Below the pieces are notes generated by a model. The model was not told where the DNA came from. It did not search any database and was given only the letters and a program-made list of their open reading frames with translations. From Mobula hypostoma (taxonomy: Eukaryota): 64,000 nucleotides of DNA. Shown one piece after another: positions 38,168-49,687 of this stretch. Position numbers and translations under genes: made by a program. Every line of letters starts with the position of its first letter. Position 1 is the first letter of the stretch. The stretch spans positions 28,024,001-28,088,000 of the forward strand of contig NC_086124.1 in NCBI RefSeq assembly GCF_963921235.1. Reading direction: 5' to 3'.

Positions 38168-38955
38168 TGTGACGGGGTTCTGAATTACCCCTATGAACTG
38201 TGATTTTAAAAGAGAGAGAGAAAGAGAGTTGAGAACACAGACACCTTGTTAAAAAGAGAGAGAAAGAGAAAGAGAGAGAGGCGAAGACCGCTCACAGTTT
38301 GTTTACGCTTTTGCAAGGACACCAGCAGCTTGGAAGTTCCTCTAGAGAGAGAAGGGTGGGGCTGGTTGATGGACAGTTGCTATTCAGCACGGGGAGATAA
38401 ATAAAAGGGCAGCTGTTAGACCTACAGACATATGGTTTTGGAAACTGAATGAGCTTTGTTGTGCCCACAGAAAAGGTGGGTATTGGAGGATCGATCAGGC
38501 GGATCGATCAGTGGCTTCCGCATTGTGAAAAGGGTGTTACCGATGGAGAGTTCGTGTGGCCGACCCTCGCCTGGGTTGATAATTCCACTATGGAAGAACG
38601 GTCGCCTTTGTTGTGGTCACAGTCGGTGACTTCGAAAGGAATTCGGAGGACAACGGGAAGATCGACAGCGTCAGCTCACCTGAACACTCAAATCTCTCCA
38701 TCACTACTCAACTCAACTCAATATCACGAACTGAACTGAACTTTACTCGTTATCGTAAGACTATCTATTTACCCCTAGACTCGAAGAAGCTTGGTTTTCA
38801 TATATATATAATCATTGCTAACCTGTTTGATATATCTGCATTTATATCACTGTATTGCGTCGTTACTAATAAATACCATTAATTAATAGCAATACTGGAC
38901 TCCAAAGTGTTTCCCATTTCTGCTGGTTCTTTACCCCGTCACGGGGTACGTGACA
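38168..38955 (+). mobile_element. Solo LTR (Gypsy family related to the 48.7-57.8 kb element)
   Basis: TGTGAC...GTGACA termini and a 4-bp TSD TTAT. Absent at the paralogous site (about 29078). Shares gaactgaact, ttacccctagact and tttctgctggtt motifs with the tandem LTRs. Confidence 0.9.
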
Positions 38956-40664
38956 TTATCCCTGCTCTAGTTCATGGCTTAATATCCGGATCCATCCTCT
39001 CCTTTCCCATCACTATAGAAGAAATAACAGTCAATCTATCAGGATTAGGGAACTGCTGAATAGTCTTGTAACAACGGGATAGAAACTGTCTTTAAGCCTG
39101 ATTCACTTTTCCTCCGATGGGATAGTAGAGCAGATGGAATGTGTGGAGTTCAAGGATATGTTGTTAAGCTCCCGCTTTACCGTGTCAGAGAGGTGTGCAG
39201 ACAGGGTGTCTGAAGCGGAGACAAGTTGACTATGGACTGGAGCGTCACCGAATTCACCGGGAGTGTTTGGTTCGTCAGCCTGCAATCACCCCTTGCTTCA
39301 GGTGTGCAGTACGGATCAGACATCAGTACACTGCAGGTCTGTGTTGCGAAGGGTGTGTACATACGGGAAACCAGCACATATGGAGAAGTTCGGAAGTTGT
39401 GTGTACGCACCAGACGCCGGTTCACTGAGGTACAATTTTGGGGAGACACACCAGTACACCAGCGAGCGCTGTTGGGAGACCTGTGGACAGACAAACCTCA
39501 GTGGAGATGGGTAGAGCATAGGATGGCGTGTGGAAACACATGATGACGGAGCACTAGTAGACATGTTTGGATCTCTCTCCTATGTGCTGATCTGTTATCA
39601 GCTTTGATCTTGGCAGCGATAATGGTATCGTCGGTCAACGTAAATATGACATTGGAGCTATGCTTAGCTTTACAGGTATTGAACATGAAGTAAATTAAGC
39701 AGTGGTCTCAGCATACAGTTTTTTGCGGCACCTGTTCTGATGGAGATTGTGGAGCCGATGTTGTTGCCAAACAGAACTGATTAGGGTCAGCATGTGAGGA
39801 AATCGAAGATCTATTTGCACAAGGAGGTATTCAGAGCAAATTCCTTCACCTTATTCATTAGTCTTGAGGGGGCAATATCATTGAATGCCAGAGATGCCGT
39901 CAATAAAGGTCATGTTAATATATGCAGATTTGCTGTCTAGATGTTCCAGCTTTGAGTTTATTTCTTATCGTAGCCGGAGACTGCAATCAGGCTTGTTCGC
40001 AGAAAACCGTGGGTGTCCCCGAACAGGAGTCCTGAATGAGATCCGAAATATGCCGAGAAGCATATCTCGATACCAAGAAAGGTGCAGGAAGATACCAAGA
40101 AGATGCAAAGAAGGGTACAAAAGGTGCAGGAATAATCTCTGGACGTCCGGTCTTTGGGCTGTTTATATCGCCTTATTAATCCTCTCTCACTTACCATTTC
40201 TCTTTCCCAATCGACCTCTGCTAGATGTCGCCTCATTGTCTGAATATTAGCCCGGCTCCAGTTTCGGCTCTTAGCAGGCGGACCCTTTTTCATCCTTTTC
40301 CATCTGGGAAGTAATAGTAAATCTTGTAACATCGGGATAGAATCTGTCTTTGAGCCTGGCGTTTGTAATTTCTTCCGATGGGAGAAAGGTAGCAGAGAGA
40401 ATGACTGGCGTTCAAGCGGATTTTATAATGCCGGCTTCTTGCCGTGCCAGACCGGCGTATGGAGTGGAAGTGCGTTGGCCCGATAACTTGGGATGTACTT
40501 AGAACCGACCCATCTCCCCTGCCCCCCTCCCCGCCCCACATAACACACCGCGGTTTTAGAGCGGGCGGAATTAACTTTGGTGCAGGTAGGCTAGAAGGGG
40601 ATCATCGTCTGAATATATAGGAAGGACTGGAGTCGTCAGTTTAACTCAAGATCCTTAATACTAA

Positions 40665-41298
40665 AACAAAAGGCGGGAGGAGAGAGAGCAGCGCGCCCCG
40701 CGCGCGCAGCCCTCCGGTGAAAAATGATATCGTATCCGTTAAATAGGGGCCGTGGACAATTCTGATTTGATGGAGGGGGACGTGAAAGTACAAAGGGACA
40801 CCTGGAGAAATTTCTGAAACGCTCGTTCGCTGCTGTCGTTACGGCGTGGTCGGGAAGCTTCCGGAGGGTAGGCCTATAATCCCCGGTTTTGCCAGCTGAT
40901 GACGACCGAGATTGAGGTCAAATCGTTCGGACAGAGATGGCGCTCAGTACTCCGTGTCGGAAAGCTGATTTGGAGGCTCGAGGTTTCGGATGACTCAGAG
41001 TCGGACCGTGGTTGGGTATGGCAAGGAGAGTTTTTCTTCCTTCTCCCGTCTGCGTGAGATGTGGGACATTTGAGAGATTGAACTTTTACTGTGCTCATGG
41101 ACTTCTTCAAGTTATGGTATTGTTGCACTGTTCTAAATATATTTTTAAATTATGTGGTTTTGTCAGTTTTTTCAGCCTTGGTCTGTCCTGTGTTTTGTGA
41201 TATCGCACCGGAGGAAATATTGTATCATTTCTTAATGCATGCATTACTAAATTACAATAAAAGAGGACTGTGTGTCTTCATAATCTAAAAAAATCTAA
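40665..41298 (+). mobile_element. 5'-truncated retroelement with (AATCT)-type tail
   Basis: Absent at the paralogous position about 30810; ends AATAAAAGAGG...CATAATCTAAAAAAATCTAAAAA. Confidence 0.65.
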
Positions 41299-41479
41299 AA
41301 ATAGAACTCTGCATTATTTTACCTATTTTACCGCTCTGGTGCAAACTCGCTCTCTCTCGCAATTACCTTACCTCCTGTGGTTCCCTCTCCCTCCCTTGAC
41401 ATCTTGCTTGCTCCTGTTCGTACTCTCTTCTACGCTCATTGGACTCACTTCCCCCCATTAGCGCCTGTGTTTCTTTTCC

Positions 41480-42850
41480 TGACAACTACTCTCCACCCTC
41501 TCTCCTTGTCTCTGACTTTCTATCTCGCTGTGTTCCACACCCACTTGCGTTACTGTCCTCTCTTTGACTTTCACGTAGCCTTTGACTTCTGTTGTCAACC
41601 ACGGTTGTGTCTTTAGAATACTTCTTCCTGTTAGGGATGGATACATCCTGTGCCTTCCGAATTGCTTCCAGCCATTGTTGCTCTGCCGTCATCCCTGCCA
41701 GTGTTCTTTTCAAATCATAGAAACAGAAAAACTATAGAAAACCTTGAGCACAATACAGGCCCTCCAGCCCAAAAAGTTGTGCCGAACATGTCTCTACAAT
41801 TCTGGTCAACTCTCTCTTCTGCCACTGTTAATCCCTTTACTACACTGAAATACTGATACATCTGACTTTAGCTTCTTCTTCCAAAATTTCAGGGTGATAG
41901 AGATAATTTATCATCATATTATGATCTCTTTTCCAGAGGATATCTTTTACCTTAATCTCTCTAATCAATTCTGGTTCTTAGTCGAACGCTCAATCCAGAA
42001 CAGCTGATCCTGCTGTGGGCCCAACCACGAGCTGGTCTAAAAACCAATCGCGCAGGAACCCTGGAAATTTCCACTGACTAATTTTCCCAATCCATTATGA
42101 ATCTATTCCATATTGAAGTTCCCTATGAATACATTTCCCTTTTGGCGTGCATTTATCTAGCTCCCGTTGTAATCTGCAGGCCACCTGCTTAATACCGTCC
42201 GGGTGTCTGTATACAACTCCCAACAGAGTTTTACTGCCCTTGCAGTTTCTTAGCTCTGTCCACAATAATTGAAGATCCTCCGACACTATGTCACCTCATT
42301 CTAATGATTTGATTTCATTTTCTTCCCAACAGAACATGACCGTCCCTCTGCCTTCCTGTCTACGCTTTCCATGCAATACGTGTCCTTGGACATTAAGCTT
42401 CCAGATGTAATCTTTCAGCCTTCAGTCCAGTTTAAACCCCACCGTGCACAATTAACAAACCTTACCCCTGGTTATCAGTGTCCCTCCAGATCAGTTGCAT
42501 ACCGTCCCTTCCGTACAAGCTCTATCTTCCCTGAAGGATCCAAAACTCTTATGTCCTCCCTCCTACAGCAACCCCCTGGCCACGTATTAAACTGTAGATT
42601 CTTTATGGTTCTGCCCTTTAACGTAGCACCTAACTCCCTGAACTCCGTATCCCGAACCACAACACACGTTCAACCCAGGTCATTCTAACCTACATGGACC
42701 ACGACTTCTGGCTGTACATCTTCCCATTGAGAATGATGGGGACTTGATCCGACATATCACGGACCCTGGCACCCGAGAGCTAGCATATCGCCATGGACTC
42801 TAGTTCTCTGAACCTCGTGACCGTTCCCCTGTTTCCACAGAGTCCCTCCC
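41480..42850 (-). mobile_element. CR1 fragments (ORF1 esterase + ORF2 endonuclease)
   Basis: FRELGATLKGRT...CRREDIRVLD (ORF1 SGNH-like) and WTELRNCKGSKTLLGVVYRHPD. Confidence 0.7.
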
Positions 42851-43378
42851 TACCTCCCCTTCCCTGCTGAGTCAGAGACGCAGATTGAGTGCGCGGCACA
42901 GGCCCTTCCGGCCCATTAAACCGCGCCGTTCAGTAAACCACCCATTTAGCACTGGTCTAATCACAGGACAAATTTGCAAAAACCAATTAACCTAGCAGGT
43001 GGCAGTTATTTGTATTGTGAGAAGAAACCGGAGCACATGGAGGAGAAAATCCATGCATTCACGGGATGGATGTGCAAACTCTTCTCAGAAAACGTCGGAA
43101 TTGAACTTCGAACTCCGATGCAACGAGCTGTAATCGCGTCGTGCTGTTTGCGACGCTACTGTAGCACCGCAGATCATTTACCGAGCAAGAACCACTGAGC
43201 AAAGGAGCAAATATATTTTCAGACGGAGACACAGACATCGGCTTTCAGTGCGATATTTTCCGCATAGTGTTGTGAAACATAGGCAACCCTGCTGCTCTCT
43301 GACCCATTTAAGGCTGATAATATATTATTTAAGAGACATGCTAAGAAAAAGACAGGATTATCAGTTGAAATGTGGTAA

Positions 43379-44049
43379 TAGAAACAAAGAAACATAGAAA
43401 ATAGGTGCAGGAGTAGGCCATTCGGCCCTTCGAGCTTGCACCGCCAATCAGTATGATCATGGCTGATCATCCATCTCAAAACCCTGTACCTGCCTTCTCT
43501 CCAGACCCCTGATCCCTTTAGTCACAAGGGCCATATCTAACTCCCTCTTAAATATAACCAATGAATTGGCCTCAACTGTTTCCTGTGGCAGAGAACTCCA
43601 CAGATTCACCACTCTCTGAGTCAAGAAGTTTTGCCTCATCTCGGTCCTAAAAGGCTTCCCCTTTATCCTCAAAGTGTGAACCCTCGTTCTGGACTTCCCC
43701 AACATCGGGAGCAATCTTCCTGCATCTAGCCTGTCCAATCCCTTTAGAATTTTTTACGTTTCAATAAGATTTCCCCTCAATCTTCTACATTCCAGAGAGT
43801 ATACGCCTAGTCGATCCAGTCTTTCATCATATGAAAGTCCTGCCATCCCAGGAATCAATCTGGTGTACCTTATTTGTACTCTCTCTGTGGCAAGAATGTC
43901 TTTCCTCAGATTAGGGGACCAAAACTGCACCCAATATCCAGGTGTGGTCTCACCAAGGCCTTGTACAACTGCAGTAGTACCTCCCTGCTCCTGTACTCGA
44001 ATCCTCCTGTTATGAATGCCAGCATACCATTCGCCTTTTTCACCGCCAC
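43379..44049 (-). mobile_element. CR1 3' insertion specific to unit D
   Basis: PGYWVQFWSPNLRKDILATERVQ...RGNLIET; (CATAGAAA)-type tail; absent at the paralog at about 12560. Confidence 0.85.
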
Positions 44050-47000
44050 ATATAATCAGGAACATATAATATTATCTCTGCAATGGGTGGTCTTAACCGC
44101 AAATGTGAAAGAAGGAGAGTTGGGCATGGGGCCAGCTAACCAAATCCGTAAAAACCCAGAGCTGCAGAAACACCAACAGAACCTCCAACGAACACATCGC
44201 TCGGAGAGGATAGATGTTGGCATAGAAGACGATTGAAGTAGTCTGGAAAAAAATGGGATGGCACAGGGTCGATTTCTCTCCAATCGGCCCAGGTCTGAGG
44301 ATCCTGGTAAGTTGTGTAAGGGTTATGGGATTTAAGAAGAAAAGGAAGAGTTAACATTTGGTCACTTTGCTGATAACATCCCAGGCCAAGTTCCTAGGGC
44401 GTGTGCACATGAGCTGAATGACATCGCAAGGACATCTTCAACACCACTCATACAGGACATATAAATATAGAAACGGGCCAGAATGGAGTCACTAACATCA
44501 AGAAGGATCACAGCCATCAGACTGTTAATCCTACTCCACTGATGGAGAAGTCTACTTATGTCCACGGCAGGACCACAAGCAGTTACCTTCACCAAGCAGT
44601 AAGTCTGAACAAAATCTCCACCTACTAACCCACCCCTGCAGACCCTCAGCCACCAATAGTTTATTACCTTATCCACCGACAGCTCAGTACCTAGCGTCCT
44701 TTATGGAGATGGAACACAGAGCGAAAATGTTGTGTTTTTACGATTGTGTTCTTTATTTAATAGCTTTTATTTGTGCTGCACCGGACCGGGAGTAATAAGA
44801 ACTTAGTTCTACTTTACATCTATGTGATAGAAATAGGGTTAAGCAATCTTTAATCTTGCATAAACCTGTGTTTTGTAGTCGTGTTAATGATCATACTGCA
44901 GAATAGATTAATTTCAAAATGCTGGTATTGAGCGGTGACAGCAATAGGTCTTACTTTCAGCCCAGACAGAATGTTAGAGTTTCAGGCAGAAGTTATGGAG
45001 GAGGAAGAATCAGTTGATGTTTCGGAGAGAACCTCTTTATCAACATAGCGAGGGAAGGGTGCAGAAGCAGGAATACCCAATGAGTGGTGGGTGCTTGTGT
45101 AGAGAGTATTCTGGGCTAATGTGAATTTAGCAGATATTAATTCAATCGAAAACTAGATTTCAGTTCATACTGTAAATGGCAAACATTATATTGAAGTAAA
45201 TAGCACTGGCGGCCCAGATATATAGAGATAATGTTTGTGAAATAGTGACGATGAGGCGTTTTACATCCGCAACATCCGATCCACTCAAGTGGATGACAGT
45301 GAGAATAATCTATTGGAGTAAACAACGTCATTGTAACAATTGTAATTGCACTGAATCACAAGCTGATGTGTCTGATCTCAACGGCCAAAAATATGAAGGA
45401 CTTTTGTGCGACTCCACCGAGTCTGCTTGTTGTGATGAATATCCGCACCTGCAGTGTGTCTCCGGTGACTCAGCAGGAATGCAAAGGAAGGGGGCAGAGG
45501 CAGTATTGCGAGTGGGTACTGTGAGCCTGGACGAGCAGTAATTGGTACCAAGGCGAGACTGTCTGTAGCCGAGAAGGAGGCAACTACGAAATGAGCATTG
45601 AAAGGGCTTCAGGACGGGCACAGGATACAGGTACAGAGTATTATAACCTGGACTTCCAGCATGGGCAACGACATGAAACCTCTGGGTGTGAAACAGCAGA
45701 AGACCCTGCCACTAGGGTGTCTCGTCAACGGGATAAGAGCTGTTTACATTTACTGTTTACGTCTGCTGAGCAATTCACCGCTATTGAATTATATTTATAA
45801 CTTCTCTCGTAGTAATACTTTTTTTTCATCTGACGTGTGTCATGTATGTTTTGTGATGTGCTCCGTGGTCCCGGGGAAGGATGTTTCGTTTGATCATATA
45901 TATGTATCACCGTATGAGATTGAACTTCAACTTGAGAAGGAGGAAGTTTAAATGCCACGTGGAGTTTAATATATCATGCACTGCGTGGTAGCTGACTGAA
46001 ATGCGTTGCGAAACAGAGTCAGAGATTGCGATAGAAAAGGAATATCTGAAAATATATTGACGAACACAAACGCAAGCGGAGTTTGGGATGACTGGTGTTT
46101 TAACCATTACCTTTGACATGATTGTATAGACACAGAGCCAGAACACTTTTCTGTGTGCCAATCCTAAACACCAGATAATATGAAATCAAAGTGAGAACGT
46201 GGATATTTTAAACGAGTCTTCCAGAGCAATTGCTTTCACACCAAGAGTGATGGATGTCAGGGACGCGTTACCGGTATCGGCGGCGCAGGTACTTTGTAAC
46301 TGCAGCGATTCTGCGATGTTCAGAGATGTAGACATGTGGATTGTGTAATATCCATTATATGCCGGCATAAAGGGTTATTTGAAAATGCTGCGATAATAAT
46401 TCAGAAATTGGTGGTGTATGCATGTTGAGGAAGTTTCTCGAAGGAGTCTGCACGATGTAAACAAATTGTGGATCTGGGAAGCAAAATGGCAGGTGGAGGT
46501 TAATCCGGAATCAGTGGCCTGCTGCATACTGTGTGGGGGGTGAGGTTAAACGCAATCATAAAATATTTATTGTATGTACTGGGTACTTAGAAGCTTTGAT
46601 GTACAGTAGGAACTTTGGCTCGAACTCGGTATCTTTCTGAACGTAGCAATGCCCGTAGAAATGTTGGTAAAGGAGGTGTACGCCATCATTCCATTAATTG
46701 GTCGTGTTTTAGGTGATGAGTTCAGGAAGTTATGCAATAGCTCTGTGAATGATTGAACGTCGATATCTCCAACTTCCAGTTCATTCTCCCCCTCTACCCT
46801 CTCCTCTTCTTTAATTCTCCACTCTTCCCCCACTTACTTCCTCTCTCTCCCCCACTACGCATGTCCTCCGACTCCTGCCCTTCCCTTTCTCCCGTAATCC
46901 ATTCACTTTTCAGATCTAATACCTATCTATCTATTAGTACTATACAGATCTATTAGTCTTCCACTTAATCACCTCCTAACATTGGTTCGCACTGCCTCAC

Positions 47001-47762
47001 CTATTAACCTGACTTTAACTGCCACGTTCTAGCTTGTAGACTTTCCCCTCTGCCCACCTTCTTATTCTGGCATCGTTCCCCTTCTTTTCCAGTTTTGATG
47101 AAGGGTTCTGGAAACCTCGACTGTTTGTTCATTGATATGATCCCGTCTGAGCTAATGAGTCCCTTCAGGATTGTGTGTGCATTGCTGCGGATGCGTAGCA
47201 TCTGCAGAAACTTCAGACTGCATCAATAATTGTTGTTGTCATCGTTCATTTGCCCATCTAAGCATCACTTAGATGGAGTATTGATCAAGGAGACATTGAA
47301 CACACAGACGCACATGAGCAGTTTAAATTAGCGTTATTGATGGTATCCGTATCATGGGCCGAACGGCCTATTCCTGTGCAGCACTGACCTGTATTCATTA
47401 TTTTCAATCACTTATTTATAAAACTGATTTCAGTGCCGATTCTTTGATTCGACAACCCGGATCAGACAGCTTCGTTGGCCATGATTCTTGTGAGACAGGC
47501 ACAATCATAGAACGCGAAGACAACTGCTAATAATATTCTCCGCGACATAGAAGCTTGCGTTTTATAATGGAGCGGGGAATTTACGGAGGGAGTTTCATTT
47601 TAACAGCATTGTATTTTTCTTATTTACCGACACAGCAGGGCAGCAGGAGTTTCTACCAGAACGTTCACGTCTTTGGAAGGTGAATGCATTTGGAAGAAAC
47701 ACACACCGTCACCGATAGAACGTACAAAGTTCATAGGGACCGCTGCGGCTCTGAAACCGCTT

Positions 47763-48438
47763 TCAACCTCTTTCTCTATGCGGGCAGCGCCGGTTACTTA
47801 GCTGATCATTCCGAATAGTTTCTCTCAAACTGCGAGTGAATGGAGATTTCACCACCTCCCGTATCTGCTCCCGGAACTTCCTCCGTGTCAAGGCGTAAAG
47901 AGCCGTGTTTGTGCAGCAGCTCAGTAGCTGCAGCATGTAGCCCAGCTCCCCGATGGTCAAAGGTGGGTACAGAGCACTAAAATAAAGCAAACGCATCCAC
48001 ACAGTGTGCACAACAAAAACCATCCACAATACGATGAAATTCGCCGACACGACCAACAGTAAGATGAGCGAATTCCTTCGGTTCTCCATTTCCGTGTCCT
48101 TGGAACTATCCCCATTATTACGACTCCGGAGTCTCCTCCGAGATCTGCTCGCCACGAACACGTGCCTGATGGTCAAAACATTGAGCAGCAGAATGACCAC
48201 AAACGGGATGACGGGCGTCAGGAGGTAGCTGCCGAACTCGACTGCGGTCCAGAACTCTGAAAGCAGGACATCTTAAATTACATTGCAAAACCAAGGTACG
48301 TTAACAAGCTGATAGTTGTCTGAGAGCGTAAAATACCAGAAAATGTTCTTTGAACAGCTCAGCGCAGCCACAGTCCTCAGAACCACAGCCGCCGTTCTCT
48401 CGGTGCAGTATTCAGCTTTCAGATTCTGGCGGTTCTGT
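47763..48438 (-). pseudogene. GPR139-like GPCR copy D, remnant of exon 2
   Basis: TM4-TM7 homology with a frameshift in ECL2; fused to intron at attctggc|ggttctgtaag (acceptor and TM1b-TM3 deleted). Confidence 0.9.
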
Positions 48439-48682
48439 AAGTTCAGCTCGAACTCTGAGGCTTATTCTGCAGGTGTCTTAAATTTATACAGTCTTCCTCA
48501 AAAGATAATTGGGAAGTCATCCATTTTATACTACACTCCAACCTTGTGAACTCAATATATGAAATTTTAAGAGATACAGACTCAATTGAAACTTTTAAAC
48601 GCCAGCTCAGAATCTATGTATTTAACCTTGCTTTCAACTAAAATCATTTTGTCTGTTCTTTTCGTGTTATATCAGTGCGTAT

Positions 48683-49585
48683 TGTGACAAAAGAGGGTTA
48701 CGAAAGTACACATAGACTAAGATGTTAACTGTCCTGTGCTATCACAAGTGGGATCATCAGTTGATCTGCTACCTGTCTTCAGGAGAGAGAGATAAGTAAG
48801 ACAATGGAGCAGCATTTGGAAATGTTAATGAAGAGACAAGAGAGTTTAACGGAAGGAGACACCGGTCTGAGTATTGTCAAGACCGGCTGCTTTGAACCCT
48901 GAACTGTTTGAAGTCTGATGGACAAGCGATACCCCAACAGGGAGGATAAAAAGGGACAGGTTCGCTAAGGCAACAGACACCATTCACGACACCACGAGGT
49001 AACGAGACCATGGAAGTGGTGCGCCCCCCACAAGTCGGTGGGAGTTTTGGAGGGCTGGTCGCGAGACCAGCCATAGACTCACAGGGTGGAAAGATACGGT
49101 CGGCGGGAACCTGGTGTGTGTGTCCGCCCTTGCCTGGGTGCCGGGTTCACCGCCGAGGAGCGATCGTATCTGGAACGGAGGAGTCACAGTCGGTGACCTC
49201 AGAAGACATTACAAAGGGCTCGCCCGAAAGCTGACTGCGAGGAATATCGAAGGTCTGTTTGGAATCTGATCTGAATATTCATTCGTTCTCTCTCTCTCTC
49301 TCCAACAGCACAACAGCGATTACTGCGAACTGAACTAAACTGAACTCTGTCACTTGTGATTGATCATTTTACCCCTAGACTGCGATAGAGCTTGATTGAC
49401 CTTATTATCCTAGTTCTGTGTACATGTGTGTTTATTCATTGCTAACCTGTTGCATTTATATCCTTACTATTAGAGTACTGTGTTGCTTATTTCTTTAATA
49501 AAACTTTCTTAGTTCCGGTCATCCAGACTCCAACTGAGAGGTCCATTTCTGCTGGTTTGGCAACCCAGTTACGGGGTACGTAACA
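48683..49585 (+). repeat. LTR1
   Basis: Termini, AATAAA at about 49497, followed by the PBS. Confidence 0.92.
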
Positions 49586-49610
49586 TAAGTGGGGGCTTCT
49601 CGTCCGCGAT
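49586..49610 (+). promoter_or_regulatory. Degenerate tRNA-Pro primer binding site
   Basis: TAAGTGGGGGCTTCTCGTCCGCGAT resembles TGGGGGCTCGTCCGGGAT; a second copy lies at 53730-53752. Confidence 0.7.
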
Positions 49611-49687
49611 TTCGAACGCTAAATTTGGGACGGGGTAAATTGATTGGGTTAAAAATTCCCGAAAGAAAGAAAAAGCAAACAGCAGAA

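Larger units (their letters stand above)
27650..42400. repeat. Upstream flanks of B and C (27.65-31.95 kb ~ 36.8-42.4 kb) plus downstream flank of C
   Basis: Colinear homology, e.g. 29.3-30.8 kb vs 39.2-40.65 kb and 31.0-31.9 kb vs 41.5-42.4 kb. Confidence 0.8.
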
